Origin: Octopus vulgaris
Taxonomy: Eukaryota
NCBI GenBank assembly: GCA_951406725.2
Contig: OX597831.1
Coordinates: 64,666,001-64,730,000, forward strand
Direction of reading: 5' to 3'
DNA length: 64,000 nt
The position numbers were made by a program, and so were the translations under genes. The notes beneath the pieces are model-generated. The model was given only the letters and a program-made list of their open reading frames with translations. It made no database searches and was not told the DNA's origin. How positions within the stretch are numbered: the first letter of the stretch is position 1; each line of letters opens with the position of its first letter. Positions 51,201 to 63,947 of this stretch are shown here, piece by piece.

Positions 51201-54200
51201 GTCCTACCAGAATAGAAGTGAATGTTCTTTTAATCTAATTTGGTTCTGTAAAAGACAGGTTTAACCTAATACAGGTTCTGCTATTTATTAAAATGTTTCT
51301 GTTATATAGCTTAATGCTGGAGGTTTGTAAATCTACATAGTTTTTCGAACAACACAAATAACAAAATATGCACTTTCGATTTCTAAATCGCAAGCCAACA
51401 ACTTGTTTACATTTATTTTTCTCTAATAAAGTTGTTAGTTCTCAATGACCCCAACCACCAACACCACCACCACTACTTTGCTATATGACATTGCTTATTT
51501 TCATCTTTACAAATTGTCCTTAGTGCTAACCTTATGGTTGGATAGGGTTTCATGTTGACAAGGATGGCTACTGTAAGTTTAGAGATATACTTTGAATAGG
51601 ACCCCTTTTTACTATCACAGTATTTTGACTTGTGATCAGAACTAATTTCTGAAGTTTAGAATAAAGAACAAAATTCCTTACAATTTAAATTTTAAATAAA
51701 ATACTAATTTCATTCATTCACTCTAGTAGTAAAACTAATATCTTATTTCCAATTTAAATTGTAAGGAATTTTGTTCCTTGTTCTAAATTTTTTATTTAGA
51801 ACTAATATCAGAACTATAACCTGACATTTCTGAAAATGGTTCTAAATAAGAAAAATGAAACAAAAACATTGAAAATTATGTCATAAAGCTTGAGTGATTT
51901 TTTTTCTAATTTCCCTGTGTGAAAGCTTTTAGTACTTAACTCTTTCCAAGGATATGCTGAGAAGGAAAACACAGTGTCTTCTGAGCTTAGTGCAAGTGCT
52001 AGTGGATCCCTGAAGAGACCCCATGATGATGTGGATGATGCTGAAGATATGGAATGTACAAATACTCATGACACAGAAATGAATCCTGAAGACAAACGCA
52101 GCAGACAAAATATCTCTGAAGGTTTTAAACTTTAATTCTTTTTAGAGTCGAATTTGGAAGAACTTTGTTAAATGGTTTCTCTCTGAGTTAATAATGTTTG
52201 TTTTTTTTTGTTTTTTTTCCAGGCCAGATATCAACTACTTCTCCACTTGATTTGAACTTTCCTCTTCCAGGTGAGACTGGTCCTGCATGTTTAGTTAAGG
52301 TAAAGTTAAATATATTTTAAACATATTTTCCAAAAAAATCATTATCAAGATTAGATTAGTAGGACATTGTGTTAATCATAGAGCAGAAATGTAACTGTTT
52401 CAAGCTTAAGGTTGCTACTGGTTATTTTATAATTATGAAAATACTGGGATTTTAGCAATAACAAAATAAGGAATTTGTAATTTTCTTTTTTTTTTTTCTT
52501 TTTTTTTTTACTCCCACCAGTGAGTGTATGTGTGTAAGGAAAAAACATACTAACAGAAAAATATGATATTAAAATAGATTATCTTTCACATACTCTTTTT
52601 AAATCACTGTTGCCCTAATCAAATTCCTTACATGTATGCATAAACACACACATACACTCAGTGTGAGCAATATATGTGTACAGACAGTGAGAGAGAGAGT
52701 GGTAAACGTATATAGAAAGGGGAAAGTTTACTGAGTGAAAAATGAAAGAGATAGACAACTAGAGAGATCTTTTCTATTGTCACAGATGTTGAAATAATTT
52801 TCAAATTTTGTATATTGATGTACTTTTTCATGCTGAATTCGATTTTGTGATTCATTTATTCCAGAAAAGTTTTAGAAAAATGGTAGAGAAGTTTAACCCT
52901 TTAGTATTCAGATTACTCTGTTACATGTAATATTTTTTTTACTCAAATTGTTTTGAATTAATTCTGCATTGTCTCATAGCTTTGAGGTTTCAATGATGTG
53001 ATTGTTTATTTTTAGAATGTCAATGTAGGTCAGGTGCGAGAGGCTAGATATTGCCAGTTTGAATATAAAACACGTAGAATTTTTGGGCCGGTTTAAATAC
53101 TAAAGGGTTAAAGTTTGATATTTTACCCAATCTGAGAACAGAATTTGGAAGCTAGCATTTTTTGTGTGATAGCTATCAATCATAAAATGGAAGTAAACAT
53201 TATAACACAAGTTTTAAACAAAATGAAAGCAATTATGTAATGAAAAAAGATGGGGACAGAATGAGTGAGAAATAAAACACCTTACTTCCCTGGGGCATGG
53301 ACACATTGAAACTCCAACGTCTGGCAACTGACTTGGCAGACGCCCATAAAATTATTAACCATCTTACTAACAATAACTCTGAGCACCTTTTCAAACTCCA
53401 CCTGTCTAACACCCGTGGACATGTTTATAAAGTCAGAAAACAGCACAGCTCCCATGACTTTCGGAAACATTTTTTCACGCTAAGAGTTGCTGAAGCATGG
53501 AACAGACTGCTGGCATCAGTTGTTAGTTGTCGGAGCACTGCATCTTTCAAAACTTCCATGCTTCCTGAGATTTTCCAACACTACACCTGATTTTCTCCCC
53601 TCCATACACACGCAAGCATGTATCTGACTCATACACTGTTCGCTTTCCAGACATTTGTACATTACTGCATATACTTTATATGCACTTTTTGACAGGTTGT
53701 GGTGCACCTGAGCACTGTATACAATAATTTCATTATTATTATTTTATATACAAAAAGAGTGATAAAGAATGTGGTAAATATATAGAGAGGGGGAAAGCAT
53801 AAAAGAGAGAAAACGTGATGATATATAGAGAGTGGGAGATTTGTCAATCTAAAAGTTGAGTTATTTCTCACAGAAAATTATGTTTTGATTATTATTTACG
53901 GACAACTTCTTTGGGACACAGATTTAGAAAATCAAAATTCATTTTTTTTGAGGATGTACCATTTCAGGGCCTTTAGGGGCTAAACGCATATATACATAAC
54001 CACATACCCCCACATTTATATAGTAGATGTTTTGTTGAATATCTTCAATTACTTGGTATGTACATGCACACACACATGCATACATGCACATACATATATA
54101 ATTGTGTATACTCTTTTACTTGTTTCAGTCATTTGAATGCGGCCATGCTGGAGCACCGCCTTTAGTCGAGCAACTCGACCCCGGGACTTATTCTTTGTAA

Positions 54201-57200
54201 GCCCAGTACTTATTTTATCGGTCTCTTTTGCCGAACCGCTAAGTGACGGGGACATAAACACACCAGCATCGGTTGTCAAGCAATGCTAGGAGGACAAACA
54301 CAGAAACACACATACACACACACATATATATATATATATACATATATACAACGGGCTTCTTTCAGTTTCCGTCTACCAAATCCACTCACAAGGCTTTGGT
54401 CGGCCTGAGGCTATAGTAGAAGACACTTGCCCAAGGTGCCACGCAGTGGGACTGAACCCAGAACCATGTGCTTGGTTAGCAAGCTACTTACCACACAGCC
54501 ACTCCTGCGCCTATAAATAAATTTAGAACAAGGAACAAAATTCCTTACAATTTAAATTGGAAATAAGATATTAGTTTTACTACTAGAGTGAATGAATGAA
54601 ACTAGTATTTTATTTAAAATTTAAATTGTAATGAATTTTGTTCTTTATTCTAAACTTTTTGATTTATTTATATAATAATATAAATCTAATTATACTATTA
54701 TATAAGTCCCTGCCTTCTTTGGTAAATAACATAAAAATTTAACAGAAGACACTAGCTCATAACGATAGTTAAATAAAGACACATATTGAATGGAATAGGA
54801 TGAGACAATATATGGATTATAAACCACTCAGCAAAATTAACTTTGGGTAAATGTGTGTGTTTGTTGCTTTTTTCCCCTCAAAACATGATGGAGCTTGTTA
54901 AATACAATTGGGAGAGATTTGTGTTTTTGTTTTTCGAATGCTGGCAGAATTTGATGCTTGCGACATTTTTGGTTACATTTTCTTTACAACCTAATAAACT
55001 AAATATTTGCATTTTTTGTAGATTTATGACAAAATTGAAACCTTGAAAGTAAATGATATGCTTGAAGTGATAGGTATATTATCTATAGACCCTTCCATGG
55101 TAGCTGATTCATCAGACTTGTAAGTCGTTTACTCTTTACTCTCTCTTTTACTCTTTTACTTGTTTCAGTCATTTGACTGCGGCCATGCTGGAGCACCGCC
55201 TTTAGTCGAGCAAATCGACCTCAGGACTTATTCTTTGTAAGCCCAGTACTTATTCTATCGGTCACTTTTGCCAAACCACTAAGTGACGGGGACATAAACA
55301 CACCAGCATCGGTTGTCAAGCAATGCTAGGGGTACAAACACACACACACATATATATATATACATATATACGACGGGCTTCTTTCAGTTTCTGTCTACCA
55401 AATCCACTCACAAGGCTTTGGTTGGCCCGAGGCTATAGTAGAAGACACTTGCCCAAGGTGCCACGCAGTGGGACTGAACCCGGAACCATGTGCTTGGTAA
55501 ACAAGCTACTTACCACACAGCCACTCCTGCGTTTGTTTTTTTTTCTTTTTCCTGTATTTTCCGGCAGAAATTCTTTTGCTTTTCCATAATAGATCTTTCA
55601 ACTTCTCCTTTGCTGTATTTTTAGCTCAGGTGACATTGAAGAAGGAATGAGTTCTACAGCTGTTGAACAACATTTACCACCACCATCTCTGGTTCCACGA
55701 ATACATGCAGTGATGGTCAACAAAGTGAACCATAACAATCCTTGGCTTACTAATTCTCTTGACAAAGATAGTCAAGAAAAAAGTTTGTATTTCTGTTTAC
55801 TCTGACTTTCTCTATAAAAACAACTTTTAGTGTTTGTTGATCTTGTTAATACTACTAATGTTTGGTTAATCCTATTGTTTATTATCCTCACCGACTAATA
55901 TTGTTTAGTACCATGCTAATTGGATCATCATCATCATTTAATGTCCGTTTTCCATGTTAGCATGGGTTGGACGGTTCGACCGGGGTCTGGTAAGCCACGG
56001 AGGCTGCACCAGGCTCTAGTCTGATTTGGCAATGTTTCTACAGCTGGATGCCCTTCCTAACGCCAACCACTCCGTGAGTGTAGTGGGTGTTTTTTACGTG
56101 CCACCGGCACCAGAGCAGGCTGGCAAATGGCCACGATCGGTTGGTGCTTTTTACGTGTCACTGACACGGACGCCAGTCAGGCGGCTGTTTAAAATAACAA
56201 AAATAGATCAAAGCAGTTAACACAATCTGCTTTACTTATCAGGAATAAAAACAAGTGATGAGTACATTTTTGTCATGGGGAACAGAGGCCTATTATTAAG
56301 TAATCTGTGGTTTACCCTATTATCTACTGCTTCATTAGTAAGATGACTAGAGTTTGCACTCATATCGTTCTTTCTTCATGATGCTGCTGGACAATTTTAA
56401 ATCTGTCTTAATTCCATCAAACACAACAATTTGCCTATTCCCTGTCTGTCTTTTCAGTCTCCACAGGCCCACCTCATATGAGTAGTACTGGTTTACACCA
56501 GCCTCAACAATTGATTAGTAGCTCTTGATTCCCTCTTATTTCTTGACAGTTGAAGAAAAATAAATCCTAAACATGCTAGCTGCTTTTCAGAAAGAAATAG
56601 AATCTCTTAATAAGCAACTTGAGAGTTCTTCTGAAATAATTTATATAAACACAAACATAATTTGTAACTTAATATCTTCCTTTTGAGGCTTCAGACACAG
56701 AAACGCTACCACTCTGAGGAGGAAAGTCTTCTGCTTTCCAATTAATAAGCAGAGTTCATGAAAGTTCACCTCAGTATTTTTGTTGAATTATGAACTGCAG
56801 TTTGCCAATAGCTTTGTCTTTTTTTATATATCACACTAGCAGTATCGCCCGGCGTTGCTCGGGTTTGTAAGGGAAATAACTATATAAGCATTTTTAGAGA
56901 GTTACTTCCCTTATAGATGCCAATTCGGGCTTTCTTAGCCATTTCTGTTTTGGTGTCTTCAAGCCATGAAGTCGTTGTTCTAAAAGAACGCTGGTCTCCT
57001 TGACAACGCTTTACGACGTTGATTTCCTTACACTCCCTTCCCCACAGCTTCACGAGGGAGGGAAGAAGGGGGAGAAGCAAACAGGTGCAGGTGTGACCAT
57101 GGACGCCAACTCCGCCGCCATCGACACACGAAAAATTATGCATTAAAATGGAATAAAAAATGTTAAATTATTTTTAAAATCGTAGACTCATCGTAGACGC

Positions 57201-60200
57201 GCGCTAATACTCAGACGGGCTCGATATGAATCACGACTATAAGATACGCGAATTTGGTTAAACTGCACCGCAAAATGTGGGAGTAGTCAGGAATCTAAAT
57301 CGAAGGGGACAGACACTCACACAACTACAGTTTTATATATATAGATTAATATGCATCTGGTTTTCTGATTTAACCTTTTAGCATTTAAACCGGCCAAAAG
57401 TATTCTGCCTGTTTTATGTTCAAACTGGCCAGATCTGGTCTCTCACACCTGCCCTACAATATCATTTTAAAAATTAACAGCTACCTCATCAAAATCTCAT
57501 AACTACAAGATAATGCATGATTAGTTCAAAACAATGTGGATAAAGAAGCATTAATTTTGGAAGAATAATGCAAACACTAAAAGGTTAAAAATAAAAAAAA
57601 AATAATAAATCATCCATTTTACAGTGGTTCATGTTTGAATTAAATCCTTGTCACAATTTTATGTTGAAAACTTTAACTTGTTTCAAACTCCATTTTAATG
57701 AAAAGTTACTTCTCCAAGTTATTAAAAAAAAAAAAAAAATTAATTAAAATACTTGGTTAGTGTATTTCATGAAATATTTGATTACTAAAGCATTTAATTT
57801 GGTCTGATCTTTGGGTCAGTGTTCTTGTCCACATTAAGTGGATTCATTGTTTAATATTATATATTTATATAGTTTTTTGAAATTATTCTGATATATTTTC
57901 TCTAAATGTATTTTGTGTATATTACAAATTTATCATTTCCACTCTAATTGCATACAATCCTTTTTGTTAATGTTTATGGTCATCTAATGTTACATGTATT
58001 CTATTTAATATTGTTTGTTTTTCAGTTCTTGCAGAGGTTGGAGAAGATCTGAAGACACTCCGAAGACGTCTTTTGGAACTGTTGCAACAGGTGACACTTG
58101 GAGACAGTTTGGCTGCAGAATATCTCCTCTGTCATTTAATTTCCTCCATGTATGTATGCCACCACATAAGTCATATTCTCACCTTTATGGAATACTACTT
58201 TGACTTGACTTGACTTGAGACAGCATTCACCTGGGGTGGGTTGAGCTGGCTTCATTCATCCTCAATGCTGCATCTCTCACAAACGCTGACCAGACCTGGC
58301 GATTTGAGGCTAACGACCGCATGATCTCCAACCACTCCTTATTCCAGCGGCAAACGTCGTGGATATGGGGGCCTAGGTTGGGTTCCAGATCAGCCTTGAC
58401 TGTCATCAGCCAGGTTTTTTGTTGTCCACCACGTCGCTTTCGCCAACCCTGAAGGGGAGCTGGGGCAATTGCTTCGTAGATGAATTCTGGTTGATGACGG
58501 AGGGCATTACCCAGCCAACGCAGACGTCTCGTTAGGATGACTTGTCGGAGGGAGGTGATTCTGCACTGGTGTCACACCGAATTGCTGGAGACAAAGTGAT
58601 GCCATCGGACACGAAGGATGCGACTTAGACAGAGGTGATTGAAGGATTCTAGTCGCTTAATATCTTCCACCCACCAAGATATTTATGGAATACTACTCTC
58701 CATGACCATATGAAACTTACCTGTGTCATTTAGCTCTTCAATGTTTGTGTCAATGGAACATTTCTCTTTCATTTACTCTGCACATAGTATGCAACCATAC
58801 TGAATGCATCTCTCTCATTTACTTCCTTCAGTGTATTGCACTCTCAGTTGCCAGTAGCATGGTGTGTTCTTGAGCAAAACACTTCATTTATTTCACATAA
58901 CTATAGTGCTTTACAGGGAGTAGCATGCCAAAGAATACACTCAACATTTCCTCCACATGTCATGAAAGCAACTAAAAGAAGTTGCAGTAGGATTTGGGAT
59001 CTTTTCGGTTTGAACGGCAGTTTTTTCTAGCGGTGTCATATGAAATTGTAACCCATAATTATGACCTTAGTATCGATCTATTGCATTTCAATCTATTTTA
59101 GGGTTAGGGTAGGGGGAAGGGTATCTTTTTTTCTTCACAAATGTAAATAAACCCAATCTGTTTCTTAAACGAGGGACATTTTCATACGGTACAGAATGTT
59201 TTCACCTCAATAGACGTCATTGAATGGTTGAAATTGCAGAAATCGAAGAAAAAAAAACAACAAATATCTTACAAACTATAGAATTTTTTCAATAAAGCCA
59301 AGAGAAAAAGATGTTTTATAAACACATTCTACCAGTGTTTAGTTATGTGGATATTATTTTTAAAAACTGACGTTCTCGAACCGAAAAGATCCGGGATTTG
59401 TACTCCAGCCTCATAAAACCCTTACCAGCAATGACTACCCAAACAGACCCATGGGTTGGAGGGTTGTCGCCTGAGTGGTGCAAAAGCATCATCCACAAAG
59501 AGCAGTAGGGAATCACCAACAAACTGTTACAGCATATGTCCCCATACTACTGCAAATGTATGTTATTTTGAATTTTTTTTCTACTCCAAACTTTAGAATA
59601 TAAAAACCTTGCTTAACTTTAAATTTCAGTTACTTTTCATCCGGCCTTCTTCCTGTTGGTAAACTCTCTTTAAATCTGAGCCGAGTTCCCACATCCCTTG
59701 GATATGCCAAACTGCTGCACCAGTTTATTTCTTCCCTTGTTACCAAGGTAATTAGATCACATTAATTAATTGTAATTATTATTTTAAGCCTGCTTTTCCA
59801 TGCTTGCAGGTGTCATTATGGTCTAAAACAGTGGTTTTCAACCAGGGTTCTGCAAGAAGTTACATAACTGCTAAATTCGGCAGTAATTTTTAATTCTCCT
59901 GTGCAGATGTGTGTGCATAAGACAATTAAATTATTGCACAGGGGTTCCTCGAGCCAGTGGAATGTTTCCTTGGGGTTCCACTCCAGCAAAAAGGTTGAAA
60001 AGCACTGGTCTAAAATCTCATTTGGAGTTTACAGAAAAAAAATTTGCCATGGTGATTTTGGCTCTGTTGTTCAGTTTTAAACTTTTTAATGGTTTGAAAT
60101 ACTTTTATTTGTTTGTCATTTGACTATGTTGGGGTACTGCCTTGAAGTAGTCAAACAAAATCAATCTCAGGACTTATTTTATTAAACCTGGTACTTATTC

Positions 60201-62614
60201 TATCAGTCTCTTTTGTCAAACTGCTAAGTTATGGAGGCAGAAGCACACCAACACCAGTTGTCAAGTGGTGGTTGGGGACAAACATATGACGGGCTTCTTT
60301 CAGTTTCTGTCTACCAAATTCACTCTCAAGGCTTTGGGTCAACTTGAGGCCACGGAAGACAACACTTGCCCAAGGTGCTATGCAGTGGGACCGAAACTGG
60401 AACCGTGTGGTAGGGAAGCAAATTTCTTACCGTATAGCCATGCCTGTGTATTCTAGGTTTTAAAATAATTCTTCAAATCTAAACTTTTGCAATCTATTTT
60501 CCAGTGTTACATGCTGCCGTTGAGCCTGAGTTATCTCAACAGCAAGCTGTTCAGCCCTCAGAAAGACTATTCCAAGAATCGTTTAAAGACAGGTGTATTA
60601 CAAATGAGCAAACAGACTCATTTCATACTTGATGAAACACAACTAGAAGCTGGGCAGCTCAATGTTGAAGGTAAGTTTTCAAGTTATAGTTGTATTTCAT
60701 TCCAGTTTTGTCTTATTCTCTGAGTATTTGCTAGAAATCTTTTTTTAATATATTTTTCAGGTCATAAAAACATCAAAGCATTAGAAAATGTTATTCGCTT
60801 TCAGAAGATAGAGTATGATTTTGGCTTCTACCAACGAGAATATGAATCTAATATTGAAGTCCTTTGCATTTCTGAAGGAAAATCTATTTTACCTGTAAGT
60901 AATCTCTCTGTAGAGGATGCAGACATTAATGATTTTCTCTTTCAATCAGCTGGATTGTTTAACCCTTTCATTACCGTATTTATTTTGAGATGCTCTGTGT
61001 TACTTTCAATTAATTTTAAATATAACAAAGAATTTAGTAGAATAGTTTAATCATCATTCAGCTAGTGTTAGGAACATAAATTGTGACTAAGGTTTGGTGG
61101 AAGATTTTAACTCAAAACTTATGAAAACAAGACATTTGTACTCAGAGCCAGAGCTGGGTTGGTAACGAAAGGGTTAAGAAGTGTCTTCAGGCTCAATTCT
61201 GTTGTGCAGCACCTTGGGCTATTTTGTAACTATCTTTGGCTGCCCCAATACCTTATGAGTGAATTTGATTCAAGGAAATTGTAAGCAGCCTATTGTTGGT
61301 ATAAGCTACAGTTTTAAAAACCAGTGGGGAAAAAGTTCCCTTAAAATAACATGTAAATAGTGACAGAAAGAGAATCTAAACTTTTGCCTCAAAATCAATT
61401 TCAAGCCATTACCAGCATGGGGTGGTGGTCATTAAAATGAGCATATAAATGTAAGTTGTGTACTGGCCCTGACACCTATAATTTCTTAATCTTCTGTTCA
61501 TTTCTTTAGGCAGATGTTCACATTCCACTTGACATTAGCATAAGATATGAAGACTTGGACAGTTATTTTTCTCGTGTGAATAATGAACTGACTCCAAACC
61601 TGGTAAAAAAATTCCAAATCTACCTTGGTTTGGTGAAAATGATGGAATATACTCTAAATAAGGAATTTGAACAGGTAAGAAAATGAACATTTAAACTGAC
61701 CAAATCTAACTCAAATGTTCTACAACTAACCTCTCACACCTTAAAAGTAAACAATCACATCATCAAAACCTCTATGTTATAAGATAATGCATGATTAGTC
61801 AAAACAATCTGAATAGAAATAACGCATTGCATTTGACAGAGTAATCTGAACACTAAAAAGTTTACTTTCTTAGACACTTGAGAATTAAAAACAAAAATTC
61901 AAACTAATTTAATTGTTTTTCTATTTCCCTAGTATGTTCAGAATGATTTCATTAGTATGCGAAAAAATGACAGTAAAAGTATTACTGAAGATGGATTACA
62001 TTCTTTACTTAATCTTACACGGTATGTAACACCTTTGTAGTATTCTTAAAGAAATATTGGGATATTTTCGGTTTGAACAGCAGTTTTTTTCTAGTGGTGT
62101 CATATGAAATTGTCACCCATAATTATGACCCTAGTATCAATCTATTGCATTTCAATCTGTTTTAGAGTTGGGGGGAAGGGTATCTTTTTTTCTTTAGAAA
62201 TGTAAATAAACCCAATCTGTTTTTCAAACGAGGGACATAATGTTGTTTACCTCAATGGACGTCAGCAGTTGGTTGAAATTGCGGAAATTGAAACAACAAA
62301 TATCTTACAAACTATAGAATTTTCTCAATAAAGCCAAGAGAAAAAGATGTTTTATAAACACATTCTACCAGTATACAAAGTTTATTTAAACATTTTTAGT
62401 TACCTAGAAATTATGTTAAAAACTGCCGAAAAGATCCGAAATATTGTATGAATGTTTAGACTACTACTAAGTAATTTTTTTTCTTTTCAGACTTCTCACT
62501 ATGAGTTGGGGCCTTCCTGGTCCAACAACAGAAGTGTGGCAACGTGCCAAAGTTCTAGAAACCTCACGCAGAGAACGAGTACAACAGCAAACCCCTACAC
62601 CTCAACCTCATTAG
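43592..62614 (+). CDS. MCMBP: Mini-chromosome maintenance complex-binding protein, complete, 15 coding exons, about 614 aa
   Basis: Exons 43592-43649, 48302-48381, 50370-50552, 51006-51104, 51950-52121, 52223-52299, 55022-55119, 55625-55782, 58026-58149, 59630-59747, 60505-60670, 60761-60894, 61510-61674, 61933-62021, 62491-62614 sum to 1845 nt in one frame. Motifs: [72 protein letters not shown]. Confidence 0.95.
44658..44880. mobile_element. Tc1/mariner-type MITE
   Basis: Imperfect TIR ..GGTGTTGAAAAGTTCCTGGC / GCCAGGAACTTTTTAGCACC. Confidence 0.55.
45006..45419 (-). mobile_element. SINE family 1 inserted in a TTAA-type MITE
   Basis: Reverse-complement copy; the host MITE resumes at 45421. 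Confidence 0.8.
46406..46741 (-). mobile_element. RTE-like LINE 3' fragment
   Basis: [17 protein letters not shown]; (AAG)n tail; same family as the 58200 copy. Confidence 0.75.
46813..47736 (-). mobile_element. CR1/L2-clade LINE 3' fragment with an open 279-aa RT C-terminus
   Basis: [63 protein letters not shown]; (TAAC)n tail. Confidence 0.9.
48302..48381 (+). CDS. MCMBP: MCMBP exon 2 ([27 protein letters not shown])
   Basis: TTTCAG acceptor, GTAAGT donor, phase 1-0. Confidence 0.8.
49179..49542 (-). mobile_element. Non-autonomous Helitron
   Basis: Minus strand: 5' TC, 3' hairpin CCTGAGCAACGCCGGG then CTAG|T. Confidence 0.7.
50370..50552 (+). CDS. MCMBP: MCMBP exon 3 (VKSVNS...[15 protein letters not shown]...YRDVAECK)
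   Basis: Canonical splice sites and the MCMBP N-terminal signature. Confidence 0.95.
51006..51104 (+). CDS. MCMBP: MCMBP exon 4 (PEEII...[19 protein letters not shown]), followed by a U12-type donor
   Basis: TTTAG acceptor; ends at ATATCCTTT (51105). Confidence 0.9.
51105..51949 (+). other. U12-type (minor spliceosome) intron of MCMBP
   Basis: 5' site ATATCCTTT; branch-like TACTTAAC at 51933-51940; no long polypyrimidine tract. Confidence 0.85.
51950..52121 (+). CDS. MCMBP: MCMBP exon 5 (GYAEKEN...LKRPHDD...NISE)
   Basis: Frame fixed by the downstream exon; start is 51950 or 51941 depending on the U12 acceptor used. Confidence 0.8.
52223..52299 (+). CDS. MCMBP: MCMBP exon 6 (..[18 protein letters not shown])
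   Basis: Canonical splice sites, conserved motif. Confidence 0.93.
52893..53111. mobile_element. piggyBac-type MITE D (TTAA|CCCTTTAG...CTAAAGGG|TTAA); copies at about 57370-57588 and 61695-61863; split copies at about 44920-45500 and 46283-47768
   Basis: TTAA target site, short TIR. Confidence 0.7.
53290..53742 (+). mobile_element. CR1-like LINE 3' end; shorter copy at about 17970-18200
   Basis: [25 protein letters not shown]; (ATT)n tail. Confidence 0.8.
54110..54513 (-). mobile_element. SINE family 1
   Basis: Reverse-complement copy. Confidence 0.8.
55022..55119 (+). CDS. MCMBP: MCMBP exon 7 ([24 protein letters not shown])
   Basis: Canonical splice sites, conserved motif. Confidence 0.92.
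55130..55530 (-). mobile_element. SINE family 1, inserted about 10 nt from the MCMBP exon 7 donor
   Basis: Reverse-complement copy. Confidence 0.8.
55625..55782 (+). CDS. MCMBP: MCMBP exon 8 (..[16 protein letters not shown])
   Basis: Canonical splice sites, conserved motif. Confidence 0.9.
56836..57345 (-). mobile_element. Non-autonomous Helitron
   Basis: A|TC...CCCGAGCAACGCCGGG..CTAG|T; shares its 3' ~70 bp with the 49179 copy. Confidence 0.75.
58026..58149 (+). CDS. MCMBP: MCMBP exon 9 (..[17 protein letters not shown])
   Basis: Canonical splice sites, conserved motif. Confidence 0.93.
58200..58681 (-). mobile_element. RTE-like LINE 3' fragment
   Basis: 16-bp TSD TTTATGGAATACTACT (58184, 58682); (AAGTC)n tail. 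Confidence 0.8.
58997..59392. mobile_element. MITE family A
   Basis: TIRs; TSD (a/g)GGATTTG. Confidence 0.85.
59630..59747 (+). CDS. MCMBP: MCMBP exon 10 (..[15 protein letters not shown])
   Basis: Canonical splice sites, conserved motif. Confidence 0.9.
59829..60007. mobile_element. hAT (Charlie-like) MITE; a related element lies at 15715-15949
   Basis: TIR CAGTGGTTTTCAACC/GGTTGAAAAGCACTG; 8-bp TSD GTCTAAAA. Confidence 0.8.
60110..60447 (-). mobile_element. SINE family 1, diverged
   Basis: Degenerate reverse-complement copy. Confidence 0.7.
60505..60670 (+). CDS. MCMBP: MCMBP exon 11 (..[28 protein letters not shown])
   Basis: Canonical splice sites, conserved motif. Confidence 0.93.
60761..60894 (+). 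CDS. MCMBP: MCMBP exon 12 (..[19 protein letters not shown])
   Basis: Canonical splice sites, conserved motif. Confidence 0.93.
61510..61674 (+). CDS. MCMBP: MCMBP exon 13 (ADVHIPL...EFEQ)
   Basis: Canonical splice sites, 165 nt, phase 0-0. Confidence 0.88.
61933..62021 (+). CDS. MCMBP: MCMBP exon 14 ([19 protein letters not shown])
   Basis: Canonical splice sites, conserved motif. Confidence 0.9.
62060..62437. mobile_element. MITE family A
   Basis: TIRs; TSD GAAATATTG. Confidence 0.85.
62491..62614 (+). CDS. MCMBP: MCMBP last coding exon (..[18 protein letters not shown])
   Basis: TTTTCAG acceptor, TAG stop, AATAAA at 62625. Confidence 0.9.
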
Positions 62615-62624
62615 AAATATTCTT

Positions 62625-62630
62625 AATAAA
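62625..62630 (+). terminator. Candidate MCMBP polyadenylation signal AATAAA
   Basis: First AATAAA, 11 nt after the stop; another lies at 62761. Confidence 0.4.
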
Positions 62631-63364
62631 CACATTTTTGCAATCTATTGTTGAGCTGTTTATATTTAATTACTTAAAACAAGGGTAGAATCTAAAAGAA
62701 GAAAAAAAAAAAACCCAACAAACAACCTGGATAAAATGAACTAATGTTTATTTTGAAATGAATAAAATGATGGTGGAATACTGATGAGTTTCTCAACTGC
62801 TAACTAGTTTAACACCAAAATGTCTGCAAAAAAGAGAAAAATAAATCAGCATCTGTCAAATAATAAAATGCGACTGAAAAAGTAATTATTTACATGTGAC
62901 AGGTATATTAAACAAAAGGAAACTTTCACCACCTCTTGGAAAAAACAAAACTAAATTATACATAAGCAGTCTCAGAATGTCTTCTGGTGTTAGAAAGAAA
63001 CTGGGTTTCTCTTTAACCCTTTCGTTACTGTATTTATTTTGAGATGCTCTGCGTTTCTTTCAATTACTCTAAATATAACAAGGAATTTAATAAAATAACT
63101 TAGTTATCATTCAGCTAGTGTTAGGAACATAAATTGTGAATAAAGTTTGCTGGAAGATTTTTTAATTCAAAACTATAAGTCGATTACATCGACCCCAGTG
63201 CATAACTGGTACTTAATTTATCGACCCCGAAAGGATGAAACGCAAAGTCGACCTCGGCGGAATTTGAACTCGCAACGTAACGGCAGACGAAATACCGGTA
63301 GGCATTTCGCCCGGCGTGCTAACGCTTCTGCCAGCTCGCTACTCTAAGAAGTTATTTACCTGAG

Positions 63365-63947
<583 letters not shown>

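Larger units (their letters stand above)
51653..54657. repeat. Inverted pair of ~135-bp self-palindromic elements (51653-51790 and 54521-54657)
   Basis: Near-exact reverse complements; each has ~35-bp internal TIRs. Confidence 0.8.
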
